Shown here: in pieces, positions 42,869 through 52,671 of the stretch
How the letters are laid out: each line of letters begins with the position of its first letter
Position numbering within the stretch: the first letter of the stretch is position 1
Origin: a virus
IMG/VR virus record: IMGVR_UViG_3300045303_000152
Span: 32,001 to 96,000 of that record
Direction: 5' to 3' (one strand)
DNA length: 64,000 bases
Notes under the pieces: generated by a model
Told to the model about the DNA's origin: nothing
The model's database searches: none
What the model saw: the letters and a program-made list of their open reading frames with translations, nothing else
Position numbers and translations under genes: made by a program

Positions 42869-43146
42869 GAGTAGAACTGTGGCGGGGCATTTATAAGTTG
42901 CAGGAAGAAATGGGTGACCTACAGCAGCTACTAGGCAAGCTTGGGGCATTTCCAAGCGAGCACCCTAGCGGTGAGGATACTGTAACTAAGGTATGGGAAG
43001 AGGTTGCTGATGTTCAGGCAGCCCTTGTTTACTTTAGGCGGCACAATGCCCCGCCCACTCAAGAAACCTATATTGTGAAACGGATGACACATAAGCTTGA
43101 GTTGTTCGAAACGTGGAACTTGAGCGGGGTAAAACCAAATGAGTGA
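42865..43146 (+). CDS. MazG-like nucleotide pyrophosphohydrolase
   Basis: KLQEEMGDL.Q..GK and EEVADV motifs. Confidence 0.7.
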   Translation: MRVELWRGIYKLQEEMGDLQQLLGKLGAFPSEHPSGEDTVTKVWEEVADVQAALVYFRRHNAPPTQETYIVKRMTHKLELFETWNLSGVKPNE

Positions 43147-43361
43147 CGCAGAAGGACCAACGTGGTTTTACTGGCTCACCTATGAAGGCACGGGTAATCC
43201 ACGTAGGCCCGATTATTTTGGTGGAGTATATTCGGCATTACAGCTAGCACAAGCGGCTGTGACTGATATCCACACTCATGTAGCAATTGCTAGGATCTAT
43301 AAAATTGCCTTAGATCACCCGTGGTCGCCCGAATTAGTTTGGCAAGAGCGCGAGTAGTTCA

Positions 43362-44348
43362 ATGCCCGTATTCGATTGGCAGAAGTTTCTCGAGCATCAT
43401 CGCATCGAGTACACTGATCGAGGCCGTAACGTCAGCAAGAACAACCTCGCGCTGAAATGCCCGTGGTGCGGCTCGGCTGATCCCAGCCAGCACATGAACG
43501 TGAGCCTTAAAGGCTACGGCTATTTCTGCTGGCGTGATGCCACGCATCGGGGTACCAACAATGCCAAGTTGGTGCAGAAGCTACTCAACTCGACTTGGGC
43601 AGAAGCAATTGAGGTAACTGGTGGCGCCGTCGAGGTGTTGCCAGATGAAGACTTTGGTACCAGAATTAACCACTTGCTGCATGGTGAGGCTGAGCCGGTT
43701 CGCAAACTGCCCATGCCAAAGGATTGGAAGCGCCTCGACCAGCCGTCAGGCAACCTACAGCGTAATCTCATCATCGAGTACATGAAGCGGCGAGGCTATG
43801 GGCTCGGTAGTGTGATGCGGCTGGCCAAGCGGTATGACATCCATTACGCAATGAAGGATAATTGGGATCGTCGGGTTATTTGGCCGCTGCATGATCGGCA
43901 TGGCGACTTGGTGAACTACACCGGCCGCGCCATCAGCAGCACTCAAAAGATCAGATACAAAACCCTGTCGGGCGACTTGGCCCGCATGCGCATGAGCGAG
44001 TGTCTGTTCGACCTGGGCACGCTTATCAAAGTGCGGGCAGAAGCTTTGGTACTGACTGAAGGCCCGTTCGATGCCATGCGCATGGGTTGGATAGGTGAGC
44101 CGTTAGGCATCTACTCGACGTGCGTGTTCACTCAGAATGTCAGCGAAACGCAGGCCGCATTGCTAAGCCAGCTTGCTTACAGATTTGAACGTGTGTTCGT
44201 GCTATTCGACCAGGGCGCCGACTTGCAATCATTTAGAGCTGCAAGCTCGCTGGGCTTCGAGCGCATCAAACTTCCCAACGGTGTTAAAGATCCTGATGCT
44301 TTGTCGACTGCGCAGGCGTTTTCGATGTGCCACAGCCTGCTAGCGTGA
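43362..44348 (+). CDS. DNA primase (Zn finger + TOPRIM)
   Basis: CPWC...H...CW...H; YTGR; EGPFD; FD; KDPD. Confidence 0.85.
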   Translation: MPVFDWQKFLEHHRIEYTDRGRNVSKNNLALKCPWCGSADPSQHMNVSLKGYGYFCWRDATHRGTNNAKLVQKLLNSTWAEAIEVTGGAVEVLPDEDFGTRINHLLHGEAEPVRKLPMPKDWKRLDQPSGNLQRNLIIEYMKRRGYGLGSVMRLAKRYDIHYAMKDNWDRRVIWPLHDRHGDLVNYTGRAISSTQKIRYKTLSGDLARMRMSECLFDLGTLIKVRAEALVLTEGPFDAMRMGWIGEPLGIYSTCVFTQNVSETQAALLSQLAYRFERVFVLFDQGADLQSFRAASSLGFERIKLPNGVKDPDALSTAQAFSMCHSLLA

Positions 44349-44476
44349 TGGGTTGTAACAGCAACCTAAGTTGCCAACATGGTAAATTTTATTAACCCGG
44401 ATCTCGATTGTTTGGGCTATACTTAGGGCAGGCTAAACCGATGGGGTTTGGCCGAGCCTGAAATGGGGTTAGTCAC

Positions 44477-45286
44477 ATGGCAACGAAGACCAAGGAAAAG
44501 CCGAAAGTCAAGAACCTGCCAAAGTCCAGCTCGATGGTGCTGGTCAAGGTAGGCACCAAGAACACTGCCAAGTACTGGGCTGCACAGATTAATACCATTT
44601 GGCGTAAAACGGCCATCAGCTACATCGAGATGGGCAAGCTGCTGGTCGAGGCCAAGAGTGTGCTGAAGCAATCAGAATGGAAACTGCTGCTCGACAACGA
44701 ACTCGACTTCGATGAGAGCAAGGCCAAAAAGTTGATACTGATCGCGCAGCACCAAACTCTGACCAAAAGTTCAAATTTGAACTTGCTTCCACCCAGCTAC
44801 ACCACGCTCTACACGTTGACCAAGTTGGATGACAAGGCGGTCAGCACTGCCATCAAGCGGGGCGATATCCACCCCAACATGGATGGTAGTGACGCCGACG
44901 AGCTGGTTCAGATGGTCAACCCAAAGAAGCCAAAGCCCGAGCTTTCGCGTGAGGCCGACGACGCCGAGGTGATCGAGCATGAGGACGATGAGCAAGAGGA
45001 AGATGATGAAGGCGAAGGCGAGGGTGCCGACGCTGGTGATGGAGATGACAATGATGACGATGATGCGCCGGCGCCCAAGGGCATTCGAAAGACCGAGGAG
45101 GCAAAAGCGACGCCGTATGACACTGCCGTAGACAACTTCGACGGCGGCATCGACAGCATGCTTTACTACTGTGAGAACCTCGAAGCCGCCATGGAAAAGA
45201 AAGGAGTCGATAAGCTCGATAAGGATTTGAAAGTCAAGCTGAAGCAACTGCATGCCGTCACTGCACGGCTGCTGAAAACCTACTGA
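44477..45286 (+). CDS. DUF3102-like DNA-binding protein with acidic linker
   Basis: I.MG..L.EAK..L....W..L...L.F....A.K...IA, LPPS..TLY.L; palindrome copy 6 at 44769-44782. Confidence 0.65.
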   Translation: MATKTKEKPKVKNLPKSSSMVLVKVGTKNTAKYWAAQINTIWRKTAISYIEMGKLLVEAKSVLKQSEWKLLLDNELDFDESKAKKLILIAQHQTLTKSSNLNLLPPSYTTLYTLTKLDDKAVSTAIKRGDIHPNMDGSDADELVQMVNPKKPKPELSREADDAEVIEHEDDEQEEDDEGEGEGADAGDGDDNDDDDAPAPKGIRKTEEAKATPYDTAVDNFDGGIDSMLYYCENLEAAMEKKGVDKLDKDLKVKLKQLHAVTARLLKTY

Positions 45287-45518
45287 GGGGTTAGAGAGGG
45301 GAGCATTAGCTATGGCATCGCATGACCAGTCAACAATCGAAAAAGCATGGCTAATTTTTCTACTAATGGTGGGCATAACCAGCATTGTTGTGCTTGCCTT
45401 TCTACTGACGAATTGATATAACTGTAGGTGGCGTAGGACGGAGCTTGGCTCAACTGCCCGAGCACCTTCACGGGCTCTGCCCTACGCCTTCACACAATCA
45501 GTTTGTCGGGGGTATCTC

Positions 45519-46130
45519 GTGACCTATACGCCATATCTCGACCAAGGACTAGAACGATGGCTGTTCACGACCGCTCGCCGTAATCTTTGGCGGGTGCCTC
45601 AATGGTACAGCGTGGATGACTTAGTGCAGGATGGCTACGCCAGCTTCTACAAATGTGCCAAGCACTATGGCCGGCTGGCTCGCAAGCGCAAGCCTAAGAA
45701 GGATGATCGGCGCAACTTCATGGCGCTGGTCAAGCGCACGTTCGAAAACCATATCCATGACCTGTCGACCAAGTCTACCATTCAGCGGGTCGAAAAGCCG
45801 GTGTCGCAACTGCATCGGCCAGAAATATCGGCTGACGATTGGCTCGAACGTCACGCCAGCGTAGTAGAAGAAAGTATGGCTGACATAACTATCGTCCTTC
45901 AGCAAGCACCGCGAGAAATCAAGCAGGCGATTGCCATACTGGTCGGCGATGTTGTGGACGTCAAATACCTACGCACTAGCAAGAAAAATACGAAGCTCGT
46001 TAATAGGGAGACAACCAATGAGTACCTGTGCCGGCGTCTGATCGCGTTTGGGCACAATTTCGATCCGAAAAAGGTTGACATGATCGAACAGGTTAGGCAC
46101 TATTTCGGAGTGCAAGCTACCGCAACGTGA
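45519..46130 (+). CDS. Sigma-70 region-2-like transcription factor
   Basis: DDLVQDG...F.KC...Y, F...VKR.F.N.I.DL. Confidence 0.55.
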   Translation: MTYTPYLDQGLERWLFTTARRNLWRVPQWYSVDDLVQDGYASFYKCAKHYGRLARKRKPKKDDRRNFMALVKRTFENHIHDLSTKSTIQRVEKPVSQLHRPEISADDWLERHASVVEESMADITIVLQQAPREIKQAIAILVGDVVDVKYLRTSKKNTKLVNRETTNEYLCRRLIAFGHNFDPKKVDMIEQVRHYFGVQATAT

Positions 46131-46511
46131 GTAAGGAGTGATAGCAAATGAGCTTTCACGTCGAGTTTGTGTCAGCTTCAGTAGAGGAGGCTGCGCACAT
46201 CATCAATGAAGACTGCCCTACCTTGCCAGCCAGCGTCAAGAGCTTTCTCATCGAAGCGCTCGAAGGCTGCAAGGGCGCGGCGGTTTCAATCGCTGCACAT
46301 GGGTACCTCTACGCACCGGGCGCCAAGTACGATAACTCCACCGTCAACATCGTGGTGAAACGGCTGGCGATGCGCACTGCGGCGCCCCCGCCGAAAGTGA
46401 AAGTAAAAGGGCCGAAACCCCCCAAAGGTTAGAGCTGGACTCTAAAACGTATGTAGTGTGTAGGCCCTGAGTTCGGCCTAACCGATACCGTTACAACAAG
46501 GAGACTTAACG

Positions 46512-47147
46512 ATGAACGTTTATGACGAACTGACTGGCGCCGTGAAACTCAGTCAGAAGAAGGGCGAAGCCGATCAGGCGCACTTGAGGAAACTGGTCGA
46601 AAAGGCTAGCGAGCTATCTGACAAAGCGTGGGAAGGCTTGTCGGGCAAGGCTCAGACTTGGGTGAACTCGGCAGTCGATGCCGTGCAGGCCCAAGAGGAC
46701 ATTCCCGAACCGGCCGGCTTTGGCCAGCCCGACGATGACGACGAGGCCGAAGAGGAGCAAGAGACTGTTGAAGCTGCCGACGATGACGAAGACGCACCCC
46801 CAAGCAAAGGAGCTAAGACTGTGAAAGCCAAGGAAGCGAAGAAGGCCAAGGGCAAGCCGGCGAAGGCTGCCAAGGCTGCCAAGGGCAATGGCAAGGCAAA
46901 GGTTGCTGCCAAGAAGAAAGAGGGTGGCGCCAAGCGTGGCCGGGCAGCTCGGCTGTTCAAAGATGATCAGCGCATCACCGTGCTCAGCAAGAAGAACCCC
47001 AAGCGCGAGGGCAGCGGCGGCTACGAGCGTTTCGAGCTCTACTCCACCGGCAAGAAGGGCATGACTGTCAAGCAAGCGCTCGATGCCGGCGTCACCAGTG
47101 GCGACCTGAAGTGGGACAGCGAGCACAAGTTCATCAAGATCGACTGA
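46512..47147 (+). CDS. Acidic and Lys/Ala-rich protein with C-terminal NPKR domain
   Basis: Paralog of 14921-15271; AGGAG RBS. Confidence 0.8.
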   Translation: MNVYDELTGAVKLSQKKGEADQAHLRKLVEKASELSDKAWEGLSGKAQTWVNSAVDAVQAQEDIPEPAGFGQPDDDDEAEEEQETVEAADDDEDAPPSKGAKTVKAKEAKKAKGKPAKAAKAAKGNGKAKVAAKKKEGGAKRGRAARLFKDDQRITVLSKKNPKREGSGGYERFELYSTGKKGMTVKQALDAGVTSGDLKWDSEHKFIKID

Positions 47148-47222
47148 GCCTACACAGCTAGCTCTGCCTACACATGGTGGCTTCATCTCCGGGTGAAGCC
47201 ATCACTGTATGAAGGACACAAG

Positions 47223-48080
47223 ATGATAGAACTGCCCCCAAAAAACGTTGCAGCCCTATGCAAGTTCGTGATCGAGCGGCAGCGTATCTACACTCGTCGG
47301 CTTGCCGGCAAGTCGAAGCCTTGGACCGACGACCCGATATTGCGGCAATATAGGTTCTGCAACATTTACCGTGAGCAGGATAAGGTCACTAAGTGGATCG
47401 CCTACAACTGGCGCAATCCGAACAACATGCACACAGACTTGTGGTTTGCCATGTTGGTCGCCCGCTACATCAACGAGCCCGGTACACTCAAGTTGCTACC
47501 GTTTCCCTTGCCTTGGAACCGGCTCAACTTTCACGATGCCGTGAGTGCTCGCAAGAAGGCTGGGCTGACGGTATACAATGCGGCTTACATCATTTCGACG
47601 GGCGGGCAATCTGTACCCAAGCACGAGTACCTGGGCAACTTCTTTGATAAGTTTTGGTGGATGCGAAAGCAAATTCGCCCACGCGAAGGCGATACCCTGG
47701 CCAATTTCAGCGAGCGGCTGGTGGCGGTGCAGGGCATGGGCAAGTTCTTTAGCGGGCAGATCATCGCTGACGTAAAGTATGCTGAAGGCAGTACCTTGCG
47801 CAAAGCCGACGATTGGTGGACATTTGCTGTGTCAGGCCCCGGCTCGAGACGCGGCCTCAATCGGGTTTGCAACAACCCCGTCGATCAGGGTTGGAATGAG
47901 GGAGATTGGCATGCGCACCTCAGTACGCTACGTCGTGCGGTCAATAAGGAGATCACAACGAAGGGTTTGGAGAAGCTGCATGCACAGGATCTACAAAATT
48001 CGCTATGTGAGTTTGACAAGTATCTGCGAGTCCAAAAAGGTGAAGGCCGCCCTAAGCAAAAGTACGATGGTATGGCGTAG
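47223..48080 (+). CDS. aGPT-Pplase1-type (5-hmdU-kinase-associated helical) DNA hypermodification protein
   Basis: ERQ.IY..R..G...PWTDDPIL..YRFCNIYRE.D, G.G.F..GQI..D, GPGS.RGL, QNSLCEFDKY.R. Confidence 0.85.
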   Translation: MIELPPKNVAALCKFVIERQRIYTRRLAGKSKPWTDDPILRQYRFCNIYREQDKVTKWIAYNWRNPNNMHTDLWFAMLVARYINEPGTLKLLPFPLPWNRLNFHDAVSARKKAGLTVYNAAYIISTGGQSVPKHEYLGNFFDKFWWMRKQIRPREGDTLANFSERLVAVQGMGKFFSGQIIADVKYAEGSTLRKADDWWTFAVSGPGSRRGLNRVCNNPVDQGWNEGDWHAHLSTLRRAVNKEITTKGLEKLHAQDLQNSLCEFDKYLRVQKGEGRPKQKYDGMA

Positions 48081-48169
48081 CTTTTCGATTGAGGATCGGA
48101 CATGCGCCATCGGCGCGGTGTTCTGGCTGTGGTGTTCGATCGGCTACTTGGCTGGTCAAGTGGGGTAGA

Positions 48170-49030
48170 ATGGACCTGATCGTAATACCTACTTGGGGGC
48201 GGGCGAAGCGGCAGCAAACTTTGGCTGCCCTCGAGAAAACAGATGTTGTGTATACCCACAAAGTAGTTCTACTTGTGCGGCCTGAGGAAGTGGCAAAGTA
48301 CCGTCACCCAAGCTATAAAGGCAAACGCATTAAGTCAGCGACTATGAAAGAGATTGACGTGGTGGCAGTGCCAGAAAACTGCGAAGGTATAAGTAAGAAG
48401 CGAGCCTATGCCTTGACCACGCTGGCAAAGCAGTACGACGCCAAGTATCTAATGATGCTCGATGATGACCTGTCATTCTGTCATCGGCCTGATTTGCGTA
48501 AGGCAGATATGCCCTATATCAACGCTGACTCTTACGGCATGCACTGGATGATCGAAACTATCACCGAGCAATTAGAAAAAGGGTATGCTCATGTCGGGTT
48601 GATTTCTAGGCAGGCCAACCGCAAGCTAGGTGTTAGGTGGCAGAAACCCGGTCGATTGATGAATGCCTATGCCTACAATGTGCCAATAATTTCTCAGCTA
48701 ATACGCAAGCACAAATTAGTGCTAGGTCGCTTGCAGTTCATGGAAGACTTTGATTTGACGTTACAGCTATTGCGCCTTGGTTATCCCAATCGCATCAGTT
48801 GCCAATTCGCCTGGACCACAACATCGAACCTAAATGGAGGTTGTAGCAGCTATCGTACCGCAGAAGCACAAGCTGAAGCCGCGCGCAAGCTGGCCAAGCT
48901 GCACAAGCCTTTTGTGCAAACGGTAGAAAAGCAGGCCAAGACCTGGAAGAATTCGTTGACTACCCGCGTCGATGTGCGGGTAGCGTGGAAGAAAGCCTAT
49001 GAGGCTAGTAAGGGAGGTAAACGTGGCTGA
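48170..49030 (+). CDS. GT-A glycosyltransferase, TET-associated / base-J glucosyltransferase-like
   Basis: IPT.GR, MLDDDL, EDFD.TLQLL..GY.N, GGCS. Confidence 0.8.
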   Translation: MDLIVIPTWGRAKRQQTLAALEKTDVVYTHKVVLLVRPEEVAKYRHPSYKGKRIKSATMKEIDVVAVPENCEGISKKRAYALTTLAKQYDAKYLMMLDDDLSFCHRPDLRKADMPYINADSYGMHWMIETITEQLEKGYAHVGLISRQANRKLGVRWQKPGRLMNAYAYNVPIISQLIRKHKLVLGRLQFMEDFDLTLQLLRLGYPNRISCQFAWTTTSNLNGGCSSYRTAEAQAEAARKLAKLHKPFVQTVEKQAKTWKNSLTTRVDVRVAWKKAYEASKGGKRG

Positions 49031-49668
49031 TACTTCTAAGGAACCCACCCTAAAGGACTTCACCTTGGGGGAGCTGATGGTACTGCACAACCAACAGCTA
49101 ATTGCGCTGGCGCTGGCTAAGCTTTTGGCAGATCAAAACTTATTAGGAACGGCAGGTGCGCTTAGAGCTGGAATACAAACTGCACCAAGCAAGTAGGGTA
49201 TAAACCAATGGCAGATACAAAGGACTTTTCGCCGGCTGAGCAGGCGATACTACACAATCAGCAACTTCTCATGCTAGGAGTGGCTAGGCTTTTGGTAGAG
49301 GTGGACTGCAACTTACTGGCAGCTAAAATCCAAAGAGAGTTCATAACCGCGCCAGATTTTGTGGCGCTGGACGATACAGCTCGAGAGTTCGCGTTAAAGG
49401 GAGACTAGCAATGAGCTTGAAGGATGATCTCATAAAACTGCGCGACCAGCTAGCCACAGATTATCATCATTGTACCGGCTTGCGCACTATAGCTGCTGAT
49501 GATCTCGTGCAAACATTAGGTGAGGTGGCGGCAGATATGCTGCCCGAGTTTGCTGCACTCGATGAAGCAGCGCAAGAGTTCGCATTGAATGAGGCGTGTC
49601 CAGAAGGCACCATTATAAGTTGTAGCCCCGTTCGCCTAGTAGAGTAACCAGTAACCGGAGTACCCCAA

Positions 49669-50328
49669 ATGAAGCACGCTGATATCTATGGAAATGCTAG
49701 GTTAGCCGGCAGCGTTAAGAGATACCACGCCCAACCCTATTTGACGACGCAAACCGTGGGCGAGCACACGTGGCAAATCTTTCGCATTTACACAACCATT
49801 TGGGGTGAAATTCCGCCCCATGTGACGACGGCGATTATCTGGCACGATGCCGGCGAGCTGTTCGCGGGCGATACTCCCTACCCAGCCAAAAAGGCTTCGC
49901 CGGGGTTGCGTGGGTTGCTCAAAACTTTGGAAATTGATGGCATCGAGCAAATGGGTGGGCCGTGGAACCCCGACGGCAAGCTCACGACCCTTGAGCAAAT
50001 CAAGATCAAGATTTGCGATAACCTCGACATGCTTGAGCACGGCTTGGTCGAAATGGCGATGGGCAATCGCCTTATGGAGCCTGTCACCAACGTGACTTAT
50101 GCGTGGCTCATTGAAACCCTCGACTGGGATAATGATGCGATACCTCACCTCGATAAAGACTATGCCATTCGTTACCTGCTCAAAGTCCGTAAAGCGGCGC
50201 GAACGTATGGTATACCCAACGAGGTTTTCATCATCGAGAAAAATATACCCCTCGCTGCTCAGTTGACCAAGCTGGCCGCAGTAACCCAACCGCCAGGAAC
50301 CCCCGTAGTTTTACCAGTCAACATCTAG
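49669..50328 (+). CDS. HD-domain 5'-deoxynucleotidase (YfbR-like)
   Basis: VKRYH, TVGEH, HD..E...GD.PYP.K, K.CD.LD. Confidence 0.85.
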   Translation: MKHADIYGNARLAGSVKRYHAQPYLTTQTVGEHTWQIFRIYTTIWGEIPPHVTTAIIWHDAGELFAGDTPYPAKKASPGLRGLLKTLEIDGIEQMGGPWNPDGKLTTLEQIKIKICDNLDMLEHGLVEMAMGNRLMEPVTNVTYAWLIETLDWDNDAIPHLDKDYAIRYLLKVRKAARTYGIPNEVFIIEKNIPLAAQLTKLAAVTQPPGTPVVLPVNI

Positions 50329-50360
50329 CACGCATCAACCCATTCAATGGAGCATAGACA

Positions 50361-50864
50361 GTGGATATCATCAAGGCAACGGGTGGCCACCCAAATCAAT
50401 GGACGTATAGAGACGCACCCGGCTTGATATGGATAAACACGGTCGCTCTTAAATACGAGGGCAATGCTTGTCTTAAATGGCCGTACAGCATGGTTAAGGG
50501 AGGGTACGGGCAGCTAACTGTGAATGGTAAGTGTTGGAAAGCTAATAGATTTTTATGCATCTTAGCCTATGGAGAACCCCCGACTAACAAACATCAAGCA
50601 GCGCATACGTGCAAAACCAAGGGATGTATGACCAAGAAACATTTAGGTTGGAAAACTCCAGCCCAAAACCAGCGTGATCGAATTAAAGATGGTACTGATA
50701 GTAAGGGAGTACGCAATGGTAGAGCCAAACTAACTTTGCGCAACGTAAAGGAGATTAGACAAGCTAAGGGCAAAGTATCGCAAAATCGGCTTGCGGTACT
50801 TTTTGGCATTCACCAGACGACAGTAAGTAAAATACAGCGCAACCAACTTTGGCAAGGAGGGTAG
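50361..50864 (+). CDS. HNH (His-Cys type) endonuclease
   Basis: C..WP, GYG, AAHTC...GC....HL.W.T...N..D, AKLT, C-terminal HTH; AT-rich. Confidence 0.85.
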   Translation: MDIIKATGGHPNQWTYRDAPGLIWINTVALKYEGNACLKWPYSMVKGGYGQLTVNGKCWKANRFLCILAYGEPPTNKHQAAHTCKTKGCMTKKHLGWKTPAQNQRDRIKDGTDSKGVRNGRAKLTLRNVKEIRQAKGKVSQNRLAVLFGIHQTTVSKIQRNQLWQGG

Positions 50865-50869
50865 TACCT

Positions 50870-52000
50870 ATGGATGTAATAAGAAGTACCAATGTTAATG
50901 AGGCGTATCTCAAAGGGTTGCACCTAATTGCAACCAAAGGCGTGCTCGAGAAATCGCGCGCCGGCGACGTACTGGTAGTCCCCAATCCGGTCGTCACGCA
51001 ATACAATTACCCAATGGAGCGGGTGCTGTTCGACGTGACCCGTGATGCTAACCCCTGGTTTCATTTGATGGAAGCATTGTGGATGTTGATGGGCCGCAAC
51101 GATGCCACATGGCTGGACCGCTTCGTCAAGGACTACTCGAAGCGGTTCGCTGAGGATGATGGTACCCAGTGGGGTGCCTATGGCCAGCGGTGGCGCAGTC
51201 ACTTTCTTTCGACCAGCATGGAGTCATATGAGGAAGGCCCTATTGACCCGCTATTTGACCAACTGTCGGAGGTGGTCAGGTTATTGCACAAGAACCCCAA
51301 CGACCGGCGCGTGGTGCTACAGATGTGGGACCCCGAGTACGACCTGGGCAAAAACACGAAGGATGTACCGTGCAACCTTTGCGTGCTGCCGCGCGTGGTG
51401 AACAAAAAGCTCGACATCACCGTCTTCTGTCGCAGCAACGATGCCATCTGGGGTGCGTACGGCAGCAACGCCGTTCACTTCAGCATTTTGCAGGAATATC
51501 TTGCCGCGCGGTTGGGTGTAGGAATAGGCACGTATTACCAGATTAGCAACAACTTTCACGCTTATAAGAACGTGTTCGAGGCTAAGACCAAGCACCTGAT
51601 TATCGACCCTGCTGGACCAACCGGGCCGGCGCCCACGCCGATAGGTAAGAGTGAGTTCGTGGTGGCGCCTGCTTGGTACAGGCCAGCTGATACGTTGCAA
51701 TGCCCCTACTACTTCCACACGGCGAAGCCAACGCCCATCGTGACTGCCGGCGACACGTTCGACGATGACTTGATCCAGTTCTTCAGCGGCGATCACCCGC
51801 CGATCAAGTACTATCACAACAGCTTTTTCTCTGAGATCGCCATACCGATGTACTACAGCTTCAAGGCGTGGCGAGATAAGGATTTGACTGGCGCCTTGCA
51901 GTGGCTTACGCGCATGCCTGAGCCAAATGGCGATTGGCGCCTTGCATGTCAACAGTGGTATGATCGGCGCCGTTATGCTGGAACTAAGGTTCAAAGTTGA
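50870..52000 (+). CDS. Thymidylate-synthase homolog, probable dUMP hydroxymethylase
   Basis: RDANPWFH..E.LWML.G.ND, GAYG.R.R, DRR.V, catalytic PCN, RSND..WGAYG.N..HF, N.H.Y. Asn at the dUMP-specificity position. Confidence 0.88.
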   Translation: MDVIRSTNVNEAYLKGLHLIATKGVLEKSRAGDVLVVPNPVVTQYNYPMERVLFDVTRDANPWFHLMEALWMLMGRNDATWLDRFVKDYSKRFAEDDGTQWGAYGQRWRSHFLSTSMESYEEGPIDPLFDQLSEVVRLLHKNPNDRRVVLQMWDPEYDLGKNTKDVPCNLCVLPRVVNKKLDITVFCRSNDAIWGAYGSNAVHFSILQEYLAARLGVGIGTYYQISNNFHAYKNVFEAKTKHLIIDPAGPTGPAPTPIGKSEFVVAPAWYRPADTLQCPYYFHTAKPTPIVTAGDTFDDDLIQFFSGDHPPIKYYHNSFFSEIAIPMYYSFKAWRDKDLTGALQWLTRMPEPNGDWRLACQQWYDRRRYAGTKVQS

Positions 52001-52002
52001 AC
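51989..52002. promoter_or_regulatory. Palindrome copy 7
   Basis: gaac-taag-GTTCAAAGTTGAAC overlapping the stop codon of the synthase gene. Confidence 0.65.
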
Positions 52003-52313
52003 CGGGGCTCTAACTCAGGAGACAGGGTGATGACCCGAAATAATACTATCTTACTGTGCCTAGCGATCAACGTTGTAGTGAGCCTAATAGTGCTAGGCGG
52101 TTGCGATCCTCGACTGTGGCCTGATCCTACCAAGGAGAAGCAAGAGAAGCAGGCGCAAGTAGTTGCCGGCCGTGACAACGAGGGCTTGAAGATACGGGTG
52201 GACGACCTTGACCATCGGGCTAGGGATGAGGCAACGGCGGTTGACAAACGCTTTAGGGAACTAGAGCGTCGCATCGAGCGATTGGAACAGGGCCTGCCCG
52301 CAGTGCGTCAATA

Positions 52314-52327
52314 GTTCAAAATTGAAC
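52314..52327. promoter_or_regulatory. Palindrome copy 8
   Basis: GTTCAAAATTGAAC-gagg-gttcta. Confidence 0.7.
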
Positions 52328-52671
52328 GAGGGTTCTAGTTATGATAACCAGAAGAAAGCTGCTTTACTGGCTCGGCCTAGCGCCGGCTGCTTCAGTTCTG
52401 CCAGTCGACAAGTTCGGCTCGGCTAACGTGCTGTTCGATGGACCAACTGAGAATATTGGCAAAACTATCCAATACGTTCAATACGTCGACCCTACTAAGT
52501 GGACTATACCTGAGGATTGGAATAAGGTTTACATTGAGTGCGTAGGTTACGGGGGTGGAAATGGTGGCGGTGGGGGTAATGCAACGAGAATGGAAATACG
52601 GCGTGGGTCAGGCGAAAGCACCACGACTGGTATTGGCGGTGCAGGTAGAAAGTTAGCTAAGGGAGAACCCG

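Noticed and set aside
44381-44397. Second CtrA box
   Set aside because: Only one good half-site; two mismatches at the correct spacing.
9771-52327. Palindrome as a LexA/SOS box
   Set aside because: The core is GTTC-N6-GAAC, not the alphaproteobacterial direct repeat. The GAAC-N4-GTTC part resembles the Gram-positive box but is absent from some copies and conflicts with the inferred host. Not fully excluded.
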